Of a stretch of 64,000 nucleotides of DNA, positions 18,743 to 27,661 are shown in pieces. Position numbers and translations under genes: made by a program. The notes beneath the pieces are model-generated. The model worked only from the letters and a program-made list of their open reading frames with translations, was not told where the DNA came from and made no database searches. The DNA lies in assembly GCA_028818695.1 (NCBI GenBank), contig JAPPNK010000021.1, positions 47,269-111,268 of the forward strand, in the 5' to 3' direction. Source of the DNA: Candidatus Poribacteria bacterium (GTDB lineage Bacteria > Poribacteria > WGA-4E > GCA-2687025). Every line of letters begins with the position of its first letter. Position 1 is the stretch's first letter.

Positions 18743-21153
18743 GAGGCGCGCCGCTCCGCGTTCAGCTCCCGCTTCAGCGCCTGCAGGATGCGCTCCATCG
18801 CGTCTTCGATCTCTTGATCGGTCAAGGTGCCGCCGCTTTTCTGGAAAAAGAGCGCAAACGCGAGACTTTTTTTACCCTTGCCGACCCCGTCGCCGGCGTA
18901 TAGATCGAACAGGCGCGCGGAATGGACGATTCCGTCCGCGCTTTCTTGCGGGGGATTGTGGATAGCGCGGAGAACGGCTTCGGCGGGGATCTCCTCATCC
19001 ACCACAACAGCGAGATCGCGCGCGGCGCCCGGGAACTGGGGAAGCGGTTTCATCTGCCGCGTCGATTGGGCGAAGGGAGCTGCCGCTTCCATATCGATCT
19101 CAAACAGATAGGCGCGCCCTGGCAAGCCGTATGCGTCCATGACGTCGGGATGCGCCTCGCCCAGATCGCCGACGGGATTTTCGTTGATGAACACTTGAGC
19201 AGACCTGCCTGGATGGAAACATGGGTGAACGCCCCGCTCTAGCCGCCAGTTGTCGATGCCAAGCTCCTCAAAAAGCGTTTCCACAACTCCTTTGGCGTCG
19301 TAAAAATCGAGCGGGCGCATCGGCTCTGTCCATCGATTCGGGTCGTCTCCCCAAAGGACGCCGCCGAGAGTCCATCGTTCGCGCGGCTCTTCCTCGCCGC
19401 CGCCGCGTTTGTCGATAGAGAAGACGCGCTGCAGTTCATAGAGTCTGGCTCGGTTCACCTGCCGCCTGCTGTTTCGCGCGATGTTCTCTAAAAGGCTCGG
19501 CAGCAGCGTTGAGCGCAGAACTGCCATTTCGGTCGTCATCGGATTTCTCAAAGCGATCTGCCGGCGGCGCGGATCGTCGTCGGGCAGGCGTACCGCGTCC
19601 AGCGCGTCTTTCGGGAGCCATGGCATGTTGGCCGCTTCGTTGAGTCCGTGTCTGCGCATGATTTCGCCGACGCGCAGACGCAGGGCGCGCCCCTCGTTCC
19701 GCTTGGGCGAGAAGGTTCCGGACGGCAGCGTGACAGGTATCTTGTCGTATCCGTACACGCGCGCCGCCTCTTCGATGAGGTCGACTTCGCGTTCGATGTC
19801 GGGGCGGAAGGTCGGCGCGACCGCCTCGAGCGTCTCTTCGCCCGTCACCTGAAAACCTAGCCGCGTCAATATGCCGCGCATCTCTTCGGTTGATATCTCG
19901 ATGCCCAAGAGCGCGTTTGCCCGCTTCTGCCGTAAACGTATGCGCACAGGCTGCGCAGGCTTCGGATGACAATCGATGGCTCCTTTGCAGACGGTTCCGC
20001 CGGCAATTTCGGCGATGAGTTGCGCCGTTCTGTCGAGCGCGCGCAGTGCCGCTTCAGGGTCCGCGCCGCGTTCAAAGCGGTAGGACGCCTCCGTTTGCAT
20101 GCCGAGCGCTTTGGCGGTGCGCCGTACGTTGATCGGGTTGAAATAGGCGCTTTCGAGAAGGATGTCGGTTGTGCTTTCGCTCACTTCCGACTCGGCGCCG
20201 CCCATGATTCCCGCCAGCGCGACCGCTTTTTCGGCGTCGGCGATGACGAGCATGTCTTCGCTCAAAGCGCGCTCCCTGCCGTCTAGGGTGAGAAGCGTTT
20301 CGCCCTGCCGCGCGCGCCGCACAACGATGCGGTTTTGCGACAGCAAATCCAGATCGAAGGCATGGAGCGGATGTCCGAGCTCCATGAGAACGAAGTTGGT
20401 AGCATCGACGATGTTGTTGATGGGCCGCATGCCGGCGCTGCGGATGCGCCGCTGCATCCACATGGGCGAGGCGCCGACCCGCACATTGAGTACCGCCCGC
20501 GCGGCATACCGCGGGCAAAGGTCAGGGTCATGGATATCCACGGCGGCGCGTTCCTCAACGGGCGGACCTGTTTCGGTCAGCTGCGCGGTCGGCGTTATGA
20601 GCGGGAGCCGATCGCTTGCGGCGATTTCGCGCGCGATGCCGACAACGCTCAAACAATCGGGGCGGTTCGGGGTGATGCTGACGTCCAGGATGATGTCGTT
20701 CATTCCGAGCGGCTCGGACAGGAGCGTTCCCGGCGGGGCGTCTTGGAGCTCCATGAGTCCGCCGGCGTCGTCGGAAATGCCAAGCTCTTTTTCGGAGCAG
20801 AGCATGCCGTAGGAGGTTTCGCCGCGTATGTCCGCCGCGCGTATCGCTCCGCCGTTCGGGAGCGTTGAGCCGACGGGCGCGAACGGCGCCGTGAGGCCTG
20901 GGCGCGCGTTTGGAGCGCCGCAGACAACCTGTATCGGCTCCGCGCCCGCGTTGACGAGGCACAGAGACAGACTTTTGGCGCTCGGATGCGGCGACATGGA
21001 TTCGATGCGCCCCGCCGCGAGGGTCGGCATCGGAACGCTAAATGGAAAGACGCGCTCCACTTCAACCCCCAGCATCGTGAGCTGGGCGGCTAATTCTTCC
21101 GGCGGGCGTTCCGCTTTCACATACTCTTTGAGCCAATCCACGCTGAAACGCAT
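18739..21153 (-). CDS. pheT: Phenylalanine--tRNA ligase beta subunit
   Basis: True start MRFSVDWLKEYV at 21153; VVCGAPN, SYGMLCS..ELG, ITPNRPDCLS..GIARE, ASYRFERG.D, R.DIE...DLIEE, C-terminal FDLY.G...GKKSLA. Confidence 0.97.
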   Translation of the reverse strand: MRFSVDWLKEYVKAERPPEELAAQLTMLGVEVERVFPFSVPMPTLAAGRIESMSPHPSAKSLSLCLVNAGAEPIQVVCGAPNARPGLTAPFAPVGSTLPNGGAIRAADIRGETSYGMLCSEKELGISDDAGGLMELQDAPPGTLLSEPLGMNDIILDVSITPNRPDCLSVVGIAREIAASDRLPLITPTAQLTETGPPVEERAAVDIHDPDLCPRYAARAVLNVRVGASPMWMQRRIRSAGMRPINNIVDATNFVLMELGHPLHAFDLDLLSQNRIVVRRARQGETLLTLDGRERALSEDMLVIADAEKAVALAGIMGGAESEVSESTTDILLESAYFNPINVRRTAKALGMQTEASYRFERGADPEAALRALDRTAQLIAEIAGGTVCKGAIDCHPKPAQPVRIRLRQKRANALLGIEISTEEMRGILTRLGFQVTGEETLEAVAPTFRPDIEREVDLIEEAARVYGYDKIPVTLPSGTFSPKRNEGRALRLRVGEIMRRHGLNEAANMPWLPKDALDAVRLPDDDPRRRQIALRNPMTTEMAVLRSTLLPSLLENIARNSRRQVNRARLYELQRVFSIDKRGGGEEEPRERWTLGGVLWGDDPNRWTEPMRPLDFYDAKGVVETLFEELGIDNWRLERGVHPCFHPGRSAQVFINENPVGDLGEAHPDVMDAYGLPGRAYLFEIDMEAAAPFAQSTRQMKPLPQFPGAARDLAVVVDEEIPAEAVLRAIHNPPQESADGIVHSARLFDLYAGDGVGKGKKSLAFALFFQKSGGTLTDQEIEDAMERILQALKRELNAERRAS

Positions 21154-21281
21154 ACATATCCTTTCGCTCGCGGGGCGCGTTCGTTTTGAATAATAGCGCA
21201 GGATTGGACGCTTGGGCGGGCTTTTGACCGGATATGAACGCGGACGGTTTCTGCGGGACGAGAATGAGAGCGGGCGCGGCG

Positions 21282-22172
21282 TCAGATTCCAAAGCGCTGA
21301 CGCGCCCGCTCCTTCGACTCTTGAAAGCGTTGAAGCCAGTATCGCGCGCTCCAAGGAAAACGCCCTGACGTTCTCAGCTCCAGCGCCGGCAGTCTGCCGC
21401 CGCCAACGAATTCAGCCTCGGCGATATAGGACGGCGGAAGATCGGGCGGACCGCCCCGTTCGCCCTTCACAACGCGGAGGATCTCATCCGCCCACCATTG
21501 ACTTGACGCGCCTTCTCCCGCCCGCGGATCGAAACGCGCCAGCCTCCAGATGTTCGCCTTGCGGTCGCTCGTCCATAAATAGATTTTATTTTGGGCAATG
21601 AGTTCCATCAAACGGCTCCGCATATCATCGTCCAGATCGGCGGGCGTCTTGCCAGGGTGAACCGCCTTGAACAGCGCGGCGATACTCGCCTCAGTAAAAA
21701 GGCGTAGCTCCGACGCAAATGCGCGGCAGTCCGAAATGTCCGCCAGCCCCGTCTCGGTCAAAACGCTCTCCTCAAGGTACGGGCGCGGATACGGGTAACG
21801 CTGATGCGTCAACTTCAGCTGAAAGCGTCCTTGCTCATGCGCGTCGGCGCCGCCCGACGCGTCACATCCCAAAGCTTGTAAATTATAGATACCGCGAGTT
21901 AGCATCGTTCCAAACGGCTCCATAAACCTGCGGATCGGATCTGAACGATGCGACGGATCTTTGAGCTGTTGAGAAACATGCTGCTCAAAATACCGCTCCA
22001 TGCAGATCATCTCTTTAAATCCCATCCCGAACCATATCGGCTCGGTTTGATGCAGCTCGCGCGTCATCAGCCCGTAAGCGAACCCTTCTGGGTTGATCTC
22101 ATGGAACCGCAGCGTCCAATCGTGTCCGATCGTTTTGAACGCAATCGCATAAGGCGCGGCAAGATCAAACAT
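21282..22172 (-). CDS. Hypothetical protein
   Basis: 296 aa ORF with AAGGAGG RBS; no family recognised. Confidence 0.65.
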   Translation of the reverse strand: MFDLAAPYAIAFKTIGHDWTLRFHEINPEGFAYGLMTRELHQTEPIWFGMGFKEMICMERYFEQHVSQQLKDPSHRSDPIRRFMEPFGTMLTRGIYNLQALGCDASGGADAHEQGRFQLKLTHQRYPYPRPYLEESVLTETGLADISDCRAFASELRLFTEASIAALFKAVHPGKTPADLDDDMRSRLMELIAQNKIYLWTSDRKANIWRLARFDPRAGEGASSQWWADEILRVVKGERGGPPDLPPSYIAEAEFVGGGRLPALELRTSGRFPWSARYWLQRFQESKERARQRFGI

Positions 22173-22208
22173 GACGTCCTCCTTCTCCGCCGTCGTTGAG
22201 ACCGCAGA

Positions 22209-22913
22209 TTACCATTCCAAACAGCGCGCGATGTAGGACTGCAGCCATAGGTAGCAGATCAGCGATTCGTGGTAGCCGTCCTCGTCTTTCCGCTCCACCG
22301 CTTGCTCGCCTTGCCTCTCCGAGAGCTCTATCAGACCCTCCACGATCGCCTGGATAAACTGCTCGCGCCCCAGCTCTGAGACAATGTCGCCGTATGAATC
22401 GCCGGGAAAAGAGCCGAACATTGCCCGGTATCCATCCACGCTCTCTTGATCTAGTACGGCGTCTTCCGGGGCGTCCGATTCAGGCAGCGAACGCACAACG
22501 ATCGTTCCGTCCGCGTTTTTCACAAACCAAACTCTCAGGGTGTAAGCGTCCAGTTCGGTCGTAAGAACAAAGGTCGTTTTGCCCTGACTTGAAATGATTT
22601 GGACTGGAGGTCCTTTTCTAGCGATGTATTCCTCCAGCGGAAAGGTCTTGTTTGAGAGCAGGCATTCCAAACCGTTCGTCAACCGCTCAAGAGCGTCAAA
22701 AATCCAAAACTCTCTGAAGGTCGGTGCGGATGGATCCGCAATGGATGTCAAATGTCCAGACTCTCCCGTGAACGTCATGTGTCCTGCGCTAGAATGATGG
22801 CTCCAATAATAGTCGCTGTGAGGGATGCGCTCAGCCCTAAACTTCAGCAACCCTTTTTTCCGCTGAGGGATGCGCCGTTTCCAAAAGCGCCGAATCGCTG
22901 CTCGTAACGTCAT
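22209..22913 (-). CDS. Hypothetical protein
   Basis: AAAGAGG RBS before ATG 22913 (MTLRAAIRR); no family recognised. Confidence 0.6.
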   Translation of the reverse strand: MTLRAAIRRFWKRRIPQRKKGLLKFRAERIPHSDYYWSHHSSAGHMTFTGESGHLTSIADPSAPTFREFWIFDALERLTNGLECLLSNKTFPLEEYIARKGPPVQIISSQGKTTFVLTTELDAYTLRVWFVKNADGTIVVRSLPESDAPEDAVLDQESVDGYRAMFGSFPGDSYGDIVSELGREQFIQAIVEGLIELSERQGEQAVERKDEDGYHESLICYLWLQSYIARCLEW

Positions 22914-22983
22914 TGCGTCCTCTTTTTTGAACGAAGGTTCAGAAGATATGGATCCTGTACCCGCCAAGTTTCGATGTCCGCCT

Positions 22984-23012
22984 ATTTTACTGGGCATTCA
23001 TATGCGCAGCAA
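22984..23012 (-). promoter_or_regulatory. Putative sigma70 promoter for the two hypothetical genes
   Basis: Minus strand TTGCTG-N17-TAAAAT. Confidence 0.45.
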
Positions 23013-23046
23013 ATCATGGGACCTCCGCTGCGCGCAGCGTCCGAAC

Positions 23047-24135
23047 TCACCGCCTTGCTGTGAGCGCGAGCCTGTAGATCTGCTGCGTGTGGTTCAGGAA
23101 GCGCAGCGCCTCGCGCGGGTCGTTTGTGCGGTTGATGCGCAGATGGACGGCGCCGTTTGCCGACAAGAAGCTGTAAAGCGGCCATTCGCCGTCCAAATTC
23201 AGCTGCCACGCCCTGTCGATCCGCCGCTGGTCTTGAGAGCTGCGTTCGTCGGCAAACCATGTCCATCCGTGAACGGCTTGCGCCCGCGCCCATCGACTTG
23301 CGGAGGTTCCCCAGAAGAGCGTCGCCCCTGCGCTTCCGTTTGTGAAGCGGTAAAACGGCGCGTTCGAGTCGTTGCGCGCCGCCGACATGCTCAGCCGAAG
23401 CAGCCAGTCGCGCCCAAGCAGCGCCGCCCCCTCAAGGCTCCCCTGATGCCGCCTGTCGACCCGCCGAAACCCTTTCTCGACGCCTAAGGCGATGTCGCGC
23501 AGCAGCGGGTGCAAGTTCGTTCCGTATTGCTCGCGTTGGAAGGCGTAATTCGCCTTGAGGCGCGCCTCTCTTCGGGTGACGATCTGAAACCCTGTCTGGA
23601 GCTGATGCTGAACGGAGCTGATGAGCAGGTAATCCTCCCGCTCAACCGAGTCGTCGTAAAGCCGCCGCCGATACTGGTACGAGAACAGATTTCCGACGCT
23701 CCATTCGGCGGAGGCGTCCCAGTTGTTATAGAGATCGTTTGAGCGCTCCTGTCGATGCGCTGAGGCGCGCCAGCGCAGCGCCGGCAGAGAATCGCGCGGA
23801 CGAAATTCAACCGAAGCGTCCAGCGGAAAAAAACGCGCGTCAAACTGGTTCAAAAAGCCGTCTTCCCCCTCGTAGTTGTCCAGCGAGGGCGCAAAGGCGG
23901 CGCGCCATTGAAACCGCCCGCCCCCGCGCCGATACTCTATCGGCGCGGACAACGAAGAGCGCAAACCAATCAGCTGCCCCGTTGAGCTGGACTCTGTGAC
24001 GGTCTCAGGGTCGACGCTGATTCCAAACTCGATATGGTTGTTCCATTCGAGCAGCGTTTGAAGCGAGGCGTTGAACTGCGCAGACGCCGCCATCGCGCAG
24101 AGCGACAGAGCCGCGCCCGCTAAAAAATGACGCAT
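23047..24135 (-). CDS. Secreted protein, probable outer-membrane beta-barrel
   Basis: Signal peptide (MAASA|QF); alternating aromatic/hydrophobic strands; YT..YxRxxQ-like strands near the C-terminus. Confidence 0.6.
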   Translation of the reverse strand: MRHFLAGAALSLCAMAASAQFNASLQTLLEWNNHIEFGISVDPETVTESSSTGQLIGLRSSLSAPIEYRRGGGRFQWRAAFAPSLDNYEGEDGFLNQFDARFFPLDASVEFRPRDSLPALRWRASAHRQERSNDLYNNWDASAEWSVGNLFSYQYRRRLYDDSVEREDYLLISSVQHQLQTGFQIVTRREARLKANYAFQREQYGTNLHPLLRDIALGVEKGFRRVDRRHQGSLEGAALLGRDWLLRLSMSAARNDSNAPFYRFTNGSAGATLFWGTSASRWARAQAVHGWTWFADERSSQDQRRIDRAWQLNLDGEWPLYSFLSANGAVHLRINRTNDPREALRFLNHTQQIYRLALTARR

Positions 24136-24377
24136 ACGCCGCCGACGCAGTTTGCGCCCGCCCTGTTGTTCGGGTTGAGCGATTCGTCCGTTTGCGACTC
24201 AACCGCCTCTAGACGCCGTATCATCTGTCCCGCCGCGTCCCGTTTCAGGCTTCGGCGAATGGAGGCGTCGTCAGAGCGCAGCTCCAGGGTCAAGTTGTCG
24301 TCAAGCAGCGTCCATGAACCGCACCCGACAGCCGAGAATATCAGCGCGGCAAGGACGACGATGCCGAATAACCGCAT
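24120..24377 (-). CDS. Small lipoprotein related to the N-terminus of the adjacent TlpA
   Basis: MRLFGIVVLAALIFSAVGCGS signal/lipobox; KRDAAGQMIRRLE resembles KRGEAERMIQRLE; ends CVGGVCVIF. Confidence 0.65.
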   Translation of the reverse strand: MRLFGIVVLAALIFSAVGCGSWTLLDDNLTLELRSDDASIRRSLKRDAAGQMIRRLEAVESQTDESLNPNNRAGANCVGGVCVIF

Positions 24378-24391
24378 ATGTTTCCTTTCTT

Positions 24392-24952
24392 TCATAATAG
24401 TCGCAGAACCGCGGTTCTTAAGACGGATAATTGATGCGTTCCTGAGAGGATCTCCACGACCAGCCCCTCTCGGTTAATGACAAATGTGACCGGAACTCTC
24501 CAGAATTCTCCATACGCTTTGTTCACTCTAGTCGTCCATTCCAAGATCGGAAAGGTAACGCCGAGCTGTTTGGCGAAATCGGGCGCGGCAGGGCTAAACG
24601 GTTTGTCCACCGAAATGGCTAGCACGGCGAATCCTTGGTCGGCGTACGTTTCATACAATGTCTGAAGATGCCGCATATCGATGCGGCATGGCGGACACCA
24701 GGACGCCCAGAAGTTGACGAACACAACATATCCGTCGTAGTCGGAGAGCGAAACCGCCTCTCCCTCCGCCGACAGGAGCGTGAAGTCGGGAGCGGGAAAG
24801 TATTCGTCCTCCTCCAGTCGCTGAATCATCCGCTCCGCCTCGCCGCGCTTCGGGTTCTGCTGAACAATGCGCTCGTTGAAGGGCGCTGGGGAACCGCACC
24901 CGACAGCCGAAACGATCAATGCGGCAAGGGCGGCAATTCGAATGAATCTCAT
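24392..24952 (-). CDS. TlpA/ResA-like thiol-disulfide oxidoreductase lipoprotein
   Basis: SAVGC lipobox; APDFTL, VNFWASWCPPC, cis-Pro VPVTFVINREG. Confidence 0.92.
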   Translation of the reverse strand: MRFIRIAALAALIVSAVGCGSPAPFNERIVQQNPKRGEAERMIQRLEEDEYFPAPDFTLLSAEGEAVSLSDYDGYVVFVNFWASWCPPCRIDMRHLQTLYETYADQGFAVLAISVDKPFSPAAPDFAKQLGVTFPILEWTTRVNKAYGEFWRVPVTFVINREGLVVEILSGTHQLSVLRTAVLRLL

Positions 24953-24971
24953 CGCGTTCTTTCCTTCTGCG

Positions 24972-25478
24972 TCATAAATGTCTGAGCAGCGCCGCTTCAA
25001 AAATCTCATACGGCTGCTCTCCAAGAAGCGTCTCGGCGATCCGCCCTTGACGGTCGATGACAAAGGTGGTCGGTATCGCCGTAATGCTTCCATACGCCTC
25101 ATTCACTTCAGCTGTCCCCTTTAAAACGGGAAAAGTCAGCCCCAGCTCCGCCGCGAAGGCGGGCGCGTCCGGCTCAAACGGATCGTCCAACGAAACCGCC
25201 AGAATAACAAAATTTTTATCGGCGTGCGCCTCAAACAGCTCCTGCAGATGCGGCATCTCGATACGGCATGGCGGACACCAGGACGCCCAGAAGTTGACGA
25301 ACACGACATGCCCCTCATACTCGGAGAGCGAGACCATCGTTCCCTCCGCCGACAGGAGCGTGAAGTCGGGCGCGGCAGGGCGTTGATCCGTCGGGTCGGG
25401 CATGTTCTCCTCTTCGCCGCAGCCGGCGGCGAATCCGCAGAGAACCGCCAAAAGAAAGGCGCATGCTGATCTGCGCAT
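24972..25478 (-). CDS. TlpA/ResA-like thiol-disulfide oxidoreductase lipoprotein (tandem paralog)
   Basis: AAGC lipobox; APDFTLLSAEG, VNFWASWCPPCRIEMP, IPTTFVIDRQG. Confidence 0.92.
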   Translation of the reverse strand: MRRSACAFLLAVLCGFAAGCGEEENMPDPTDQRPAAPDFTLLSAEGTMVSLSEYEGHVVFVNFWASWCPPCRIEMPHLQELFEAHADKNFVILAVSLDDPFEPDAPAFAAELGLTFPVLKGTAEVNEAYGSITAIPTTFVIDRQGRIAETLLGEQPYEIFEAALLRHL

Positions 25479-27643
25479 CAGTCGCTCCTTCTTGCCGCGC
25501 TCTCTTGGAACGGAGCCGGCAGCCAGACAGGCAGGTCGCGGAGCGACTCGCGCGCCGCGTCGGAGGTCGGCACGCCCCATGCCTCAAAGAACGGGCCAAG
25601 GTTTCGCCCGACATTTCTTGAGAAGCGCTTCATCCATTCATCGCGGCGCGCGTTGTCGTCGCGTATGGGCGCGTCATACCCCGCAAACACCTCTTTGAAG
25701 GCGTCCCAGCCGAATTCATCGATCATCTGCGCATACATCGCCAGCGCGAGAAACGGCTCCTTCTTCCATGTGTCGAACGGCGCGCCTTCTTCGGCATGCC
25801 GCCGCGCCGCGTTCAGTATCGCCTGCTCCGTCATCGAGTCGCGCGCCTCATGCAGCGGTATCCCGCACACCTTCTCATACACATACAGCGTGAACAGGTT
25901 GCAGGTCACCTCCACCGTCCCGTTGAATGTCCAGTTGGGCGACTGGAAATTATGCCCCAGTTCATGGTAATGCCCCCAGCTGCCTTTCATCAGCTGCGCA
26001 GGGTCAAGCGACCGCTCCGCCACATCCAGATGCGTCATGATCGGATACCCCGCATGCATGTATCCCGCCGAAATCTGCGTGTCTGGAACAATCCGCTCCG
26101 GCCGTTTCCTCGGCTCAGGCTCCGACGCCAGATCGACGCATGCGTCCATGACGCGGCTCCAGAACCGCATCGTCTCGTCGGGGCTGTCTAAGTCTCTCAC
26201 AGCGGAGGAAGGCACCGTCAAGATGATCTGTTCCGCCTCCAGCTCCGCCCATGGCCCAGGGTAATGCCGAATCGTATCGCGCCATTCGTCCAGATCGGTT
26301 TCGCCAAGGACATAATACGGCGCGCGGACAGCTCCCTTGACGACCGCCTGAATCGTCTTTTCATGCTGATTGCGCGGGACATCGATATAGATGAGACCGC
26401 CGAACGCATTCGCCGCGTAGGTTGTTTTGGATTGGATCGCTTCAGCGGTCGCAATCTGCGGGGCGCGCCTCCATTCGGACTTGTTCCACAGCTTGTCGGT
26501 ATGCGCTCCGATGCGGACTTTCAGCCCGATGTCGACCGCCTCCTGCGGCGTTTCAACTTCAATGAGCGCGCCCGGCGCCGCATAAAGACCCGTACTGCGC
26601 CATCCATGCCAGCTCAGGCGGACGGAAATCGTCGTCGGTAGAGCTTTCGGCGCGTCGGCCGGCACAGCGCCTGGGAAAAATTTGGCGGCTGGATGAGGCT
26701 TGATCCGCTGCGGCGGCGTCTGCTCCAGCTGAATCATGTCGCGCGTCAAGGCGAGTATGTCTTTCGGCTGGCTCGGTTTCAGCGGCGCGTCCGGCCTCGG
26801 CAGAGTCTGTTCCTCTCCGATGAGCGCGTCCACTTTTGAGTTGAAGGCAACGTCGCCGGGAGGGACGGCGCGCATCGCCCGCGCGATGAGCCATGACGCC
26901 TGCCGCGTCTCGCCGGACGAAACGCCCTCGCCGTTCAGCGCGTCTAAGGCGAGGAGAGCGTTCAGCCGTTCCATGTTCGGTTGAATCTCCGCCTTACGGA
27001 GATATCCGTCGCCCCAGAAGAGTCCGTATTTGCCGAGGAGGCGGTTGCCGGGATGTTCGTGTACCGTTTTGCCGGGGTTCAGCTGCAGCCATCCCCAAAC
27101 GAGGCCTGCCGTGACGAGTCCGCCGCCCGCTTCAAGATACGCCTGGATAGATTCCGCTTCGCCCGCGTCCAGGTCGTGCGCGTCAACGCACAGGGCGGCG
27201 TATCGGCTCAGACCTGTCAGCTGGGAGATGCGCCGCGCATGCGCCGTTTCGAAGCCGTTCTCATTTAAGTACTGCGCGAGAGGCGGCGCGTTCCTCCCTC
27301 CGCTGCGTTGGACGACGGCGATCTGCCCCTTCCGTCCGTTCGACGTCCATCGGACAGCGTTCAGGAGCGCCCGCCCGCCGGCGCGGTTCAGGTAGGCGCC
27401 ATGTCCAAAGGCTGCGGCTCTGCCCTTTCCCGCCAGGACGGCCGCCGCTGCCGGCTCCCACAGGTTCGCGCCCGTCTGCCCGGCGGCGAAGGCGAAGGCG
27501 CGCTCGCTCGTCAACACAAACGGACCGGGCAGCGCGCCCCGCGGAGTCGCAATCTCTTCAACGCCCTCCAACAGCTCCGCGAGATGGTTTTCCATCTCGC
27601 CTGATGCGGAAATCATAACGGTCAACAACGTTTCGACGATCAT
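25478..27643 (-). CDS. Peptidase family M60 (enhancin/TCAF-like) zinc metallopeptidase
   Basis: WRSTGLYA.PG and N.FGGLIY (M60-like N domain); PWAELE; QISAGYMHAGYP; WG..HELGHN...W...EVTCN gluzincin motif. Confidence 0.92.
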   Translation of the reverse strand: MIVETLLTVMISASGEMENHLAELLEGVEEIATPRGALPGPFVLTSERAFAFAAGQTGANLWEPAAAAVLAGKGRAAAFGHGAYLNRAGGRALLNAVRWTSNGRKGQIAVVQRSGGRNAPPLAQYLNENGFETAHARRISQLTGLSRYAALCVDAHDLDAGEAESIQAYLEAGGGLVTAGLVWGWLQLNPGKTVHEHPGNRLLGKYGLFWGDGYLRKAEIQPNMERLNALLALDALNGEGVSSGETRQASWLIARAMRAVPPGDVAFNSKVDALIGEEQTLPRPDAPLKPSQPKDILALTRDMIQLEQTPPQRIKPHPAAKFFPGAVPADAPKALPTTISVRLSWHGWRSTGLYAAPGALIEVETPQEAVDIGLKVRIGAHTDKLWNKSEWRRAPQIATAEAIQSKTTYAANAFGGLIYIDVPRNQHEKTIQAVVKGAVRAPYYVLGETDLDEWRDTIRHYPGPWAELEAEQIILTVPSSAVRDLDSPDETMRFWSRVMDACVDLASEPEPRKRPERIVPDTQISAGYMHAGYPIMTHLDVAERSLDPAQLMKGSWGHYHELGHNFQSPNWTFNGTVEVTCNLFTLYVYEKVCGIPLHEARDSMTEQAILNAARRHAEEGAPFDTWKKEPFLALAMYAQMIDEFGWDAFKEVFAGYDAPIRDDNARRDEWMKRFSRNVGRNLGPFFEAWGVPTSDAARESLRDLPVWLPAPFQESAARRSD

Positions 27644-27661
27644 CGCTAGCCCTTTTCTTGT

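Noticed and set aside
21154-21354. 67 aa N-terminal extension of PheT in the ORF track
   Set aside because: The canonical PheT start with RBS is at 21153; the extension overlaps the upstream gene.
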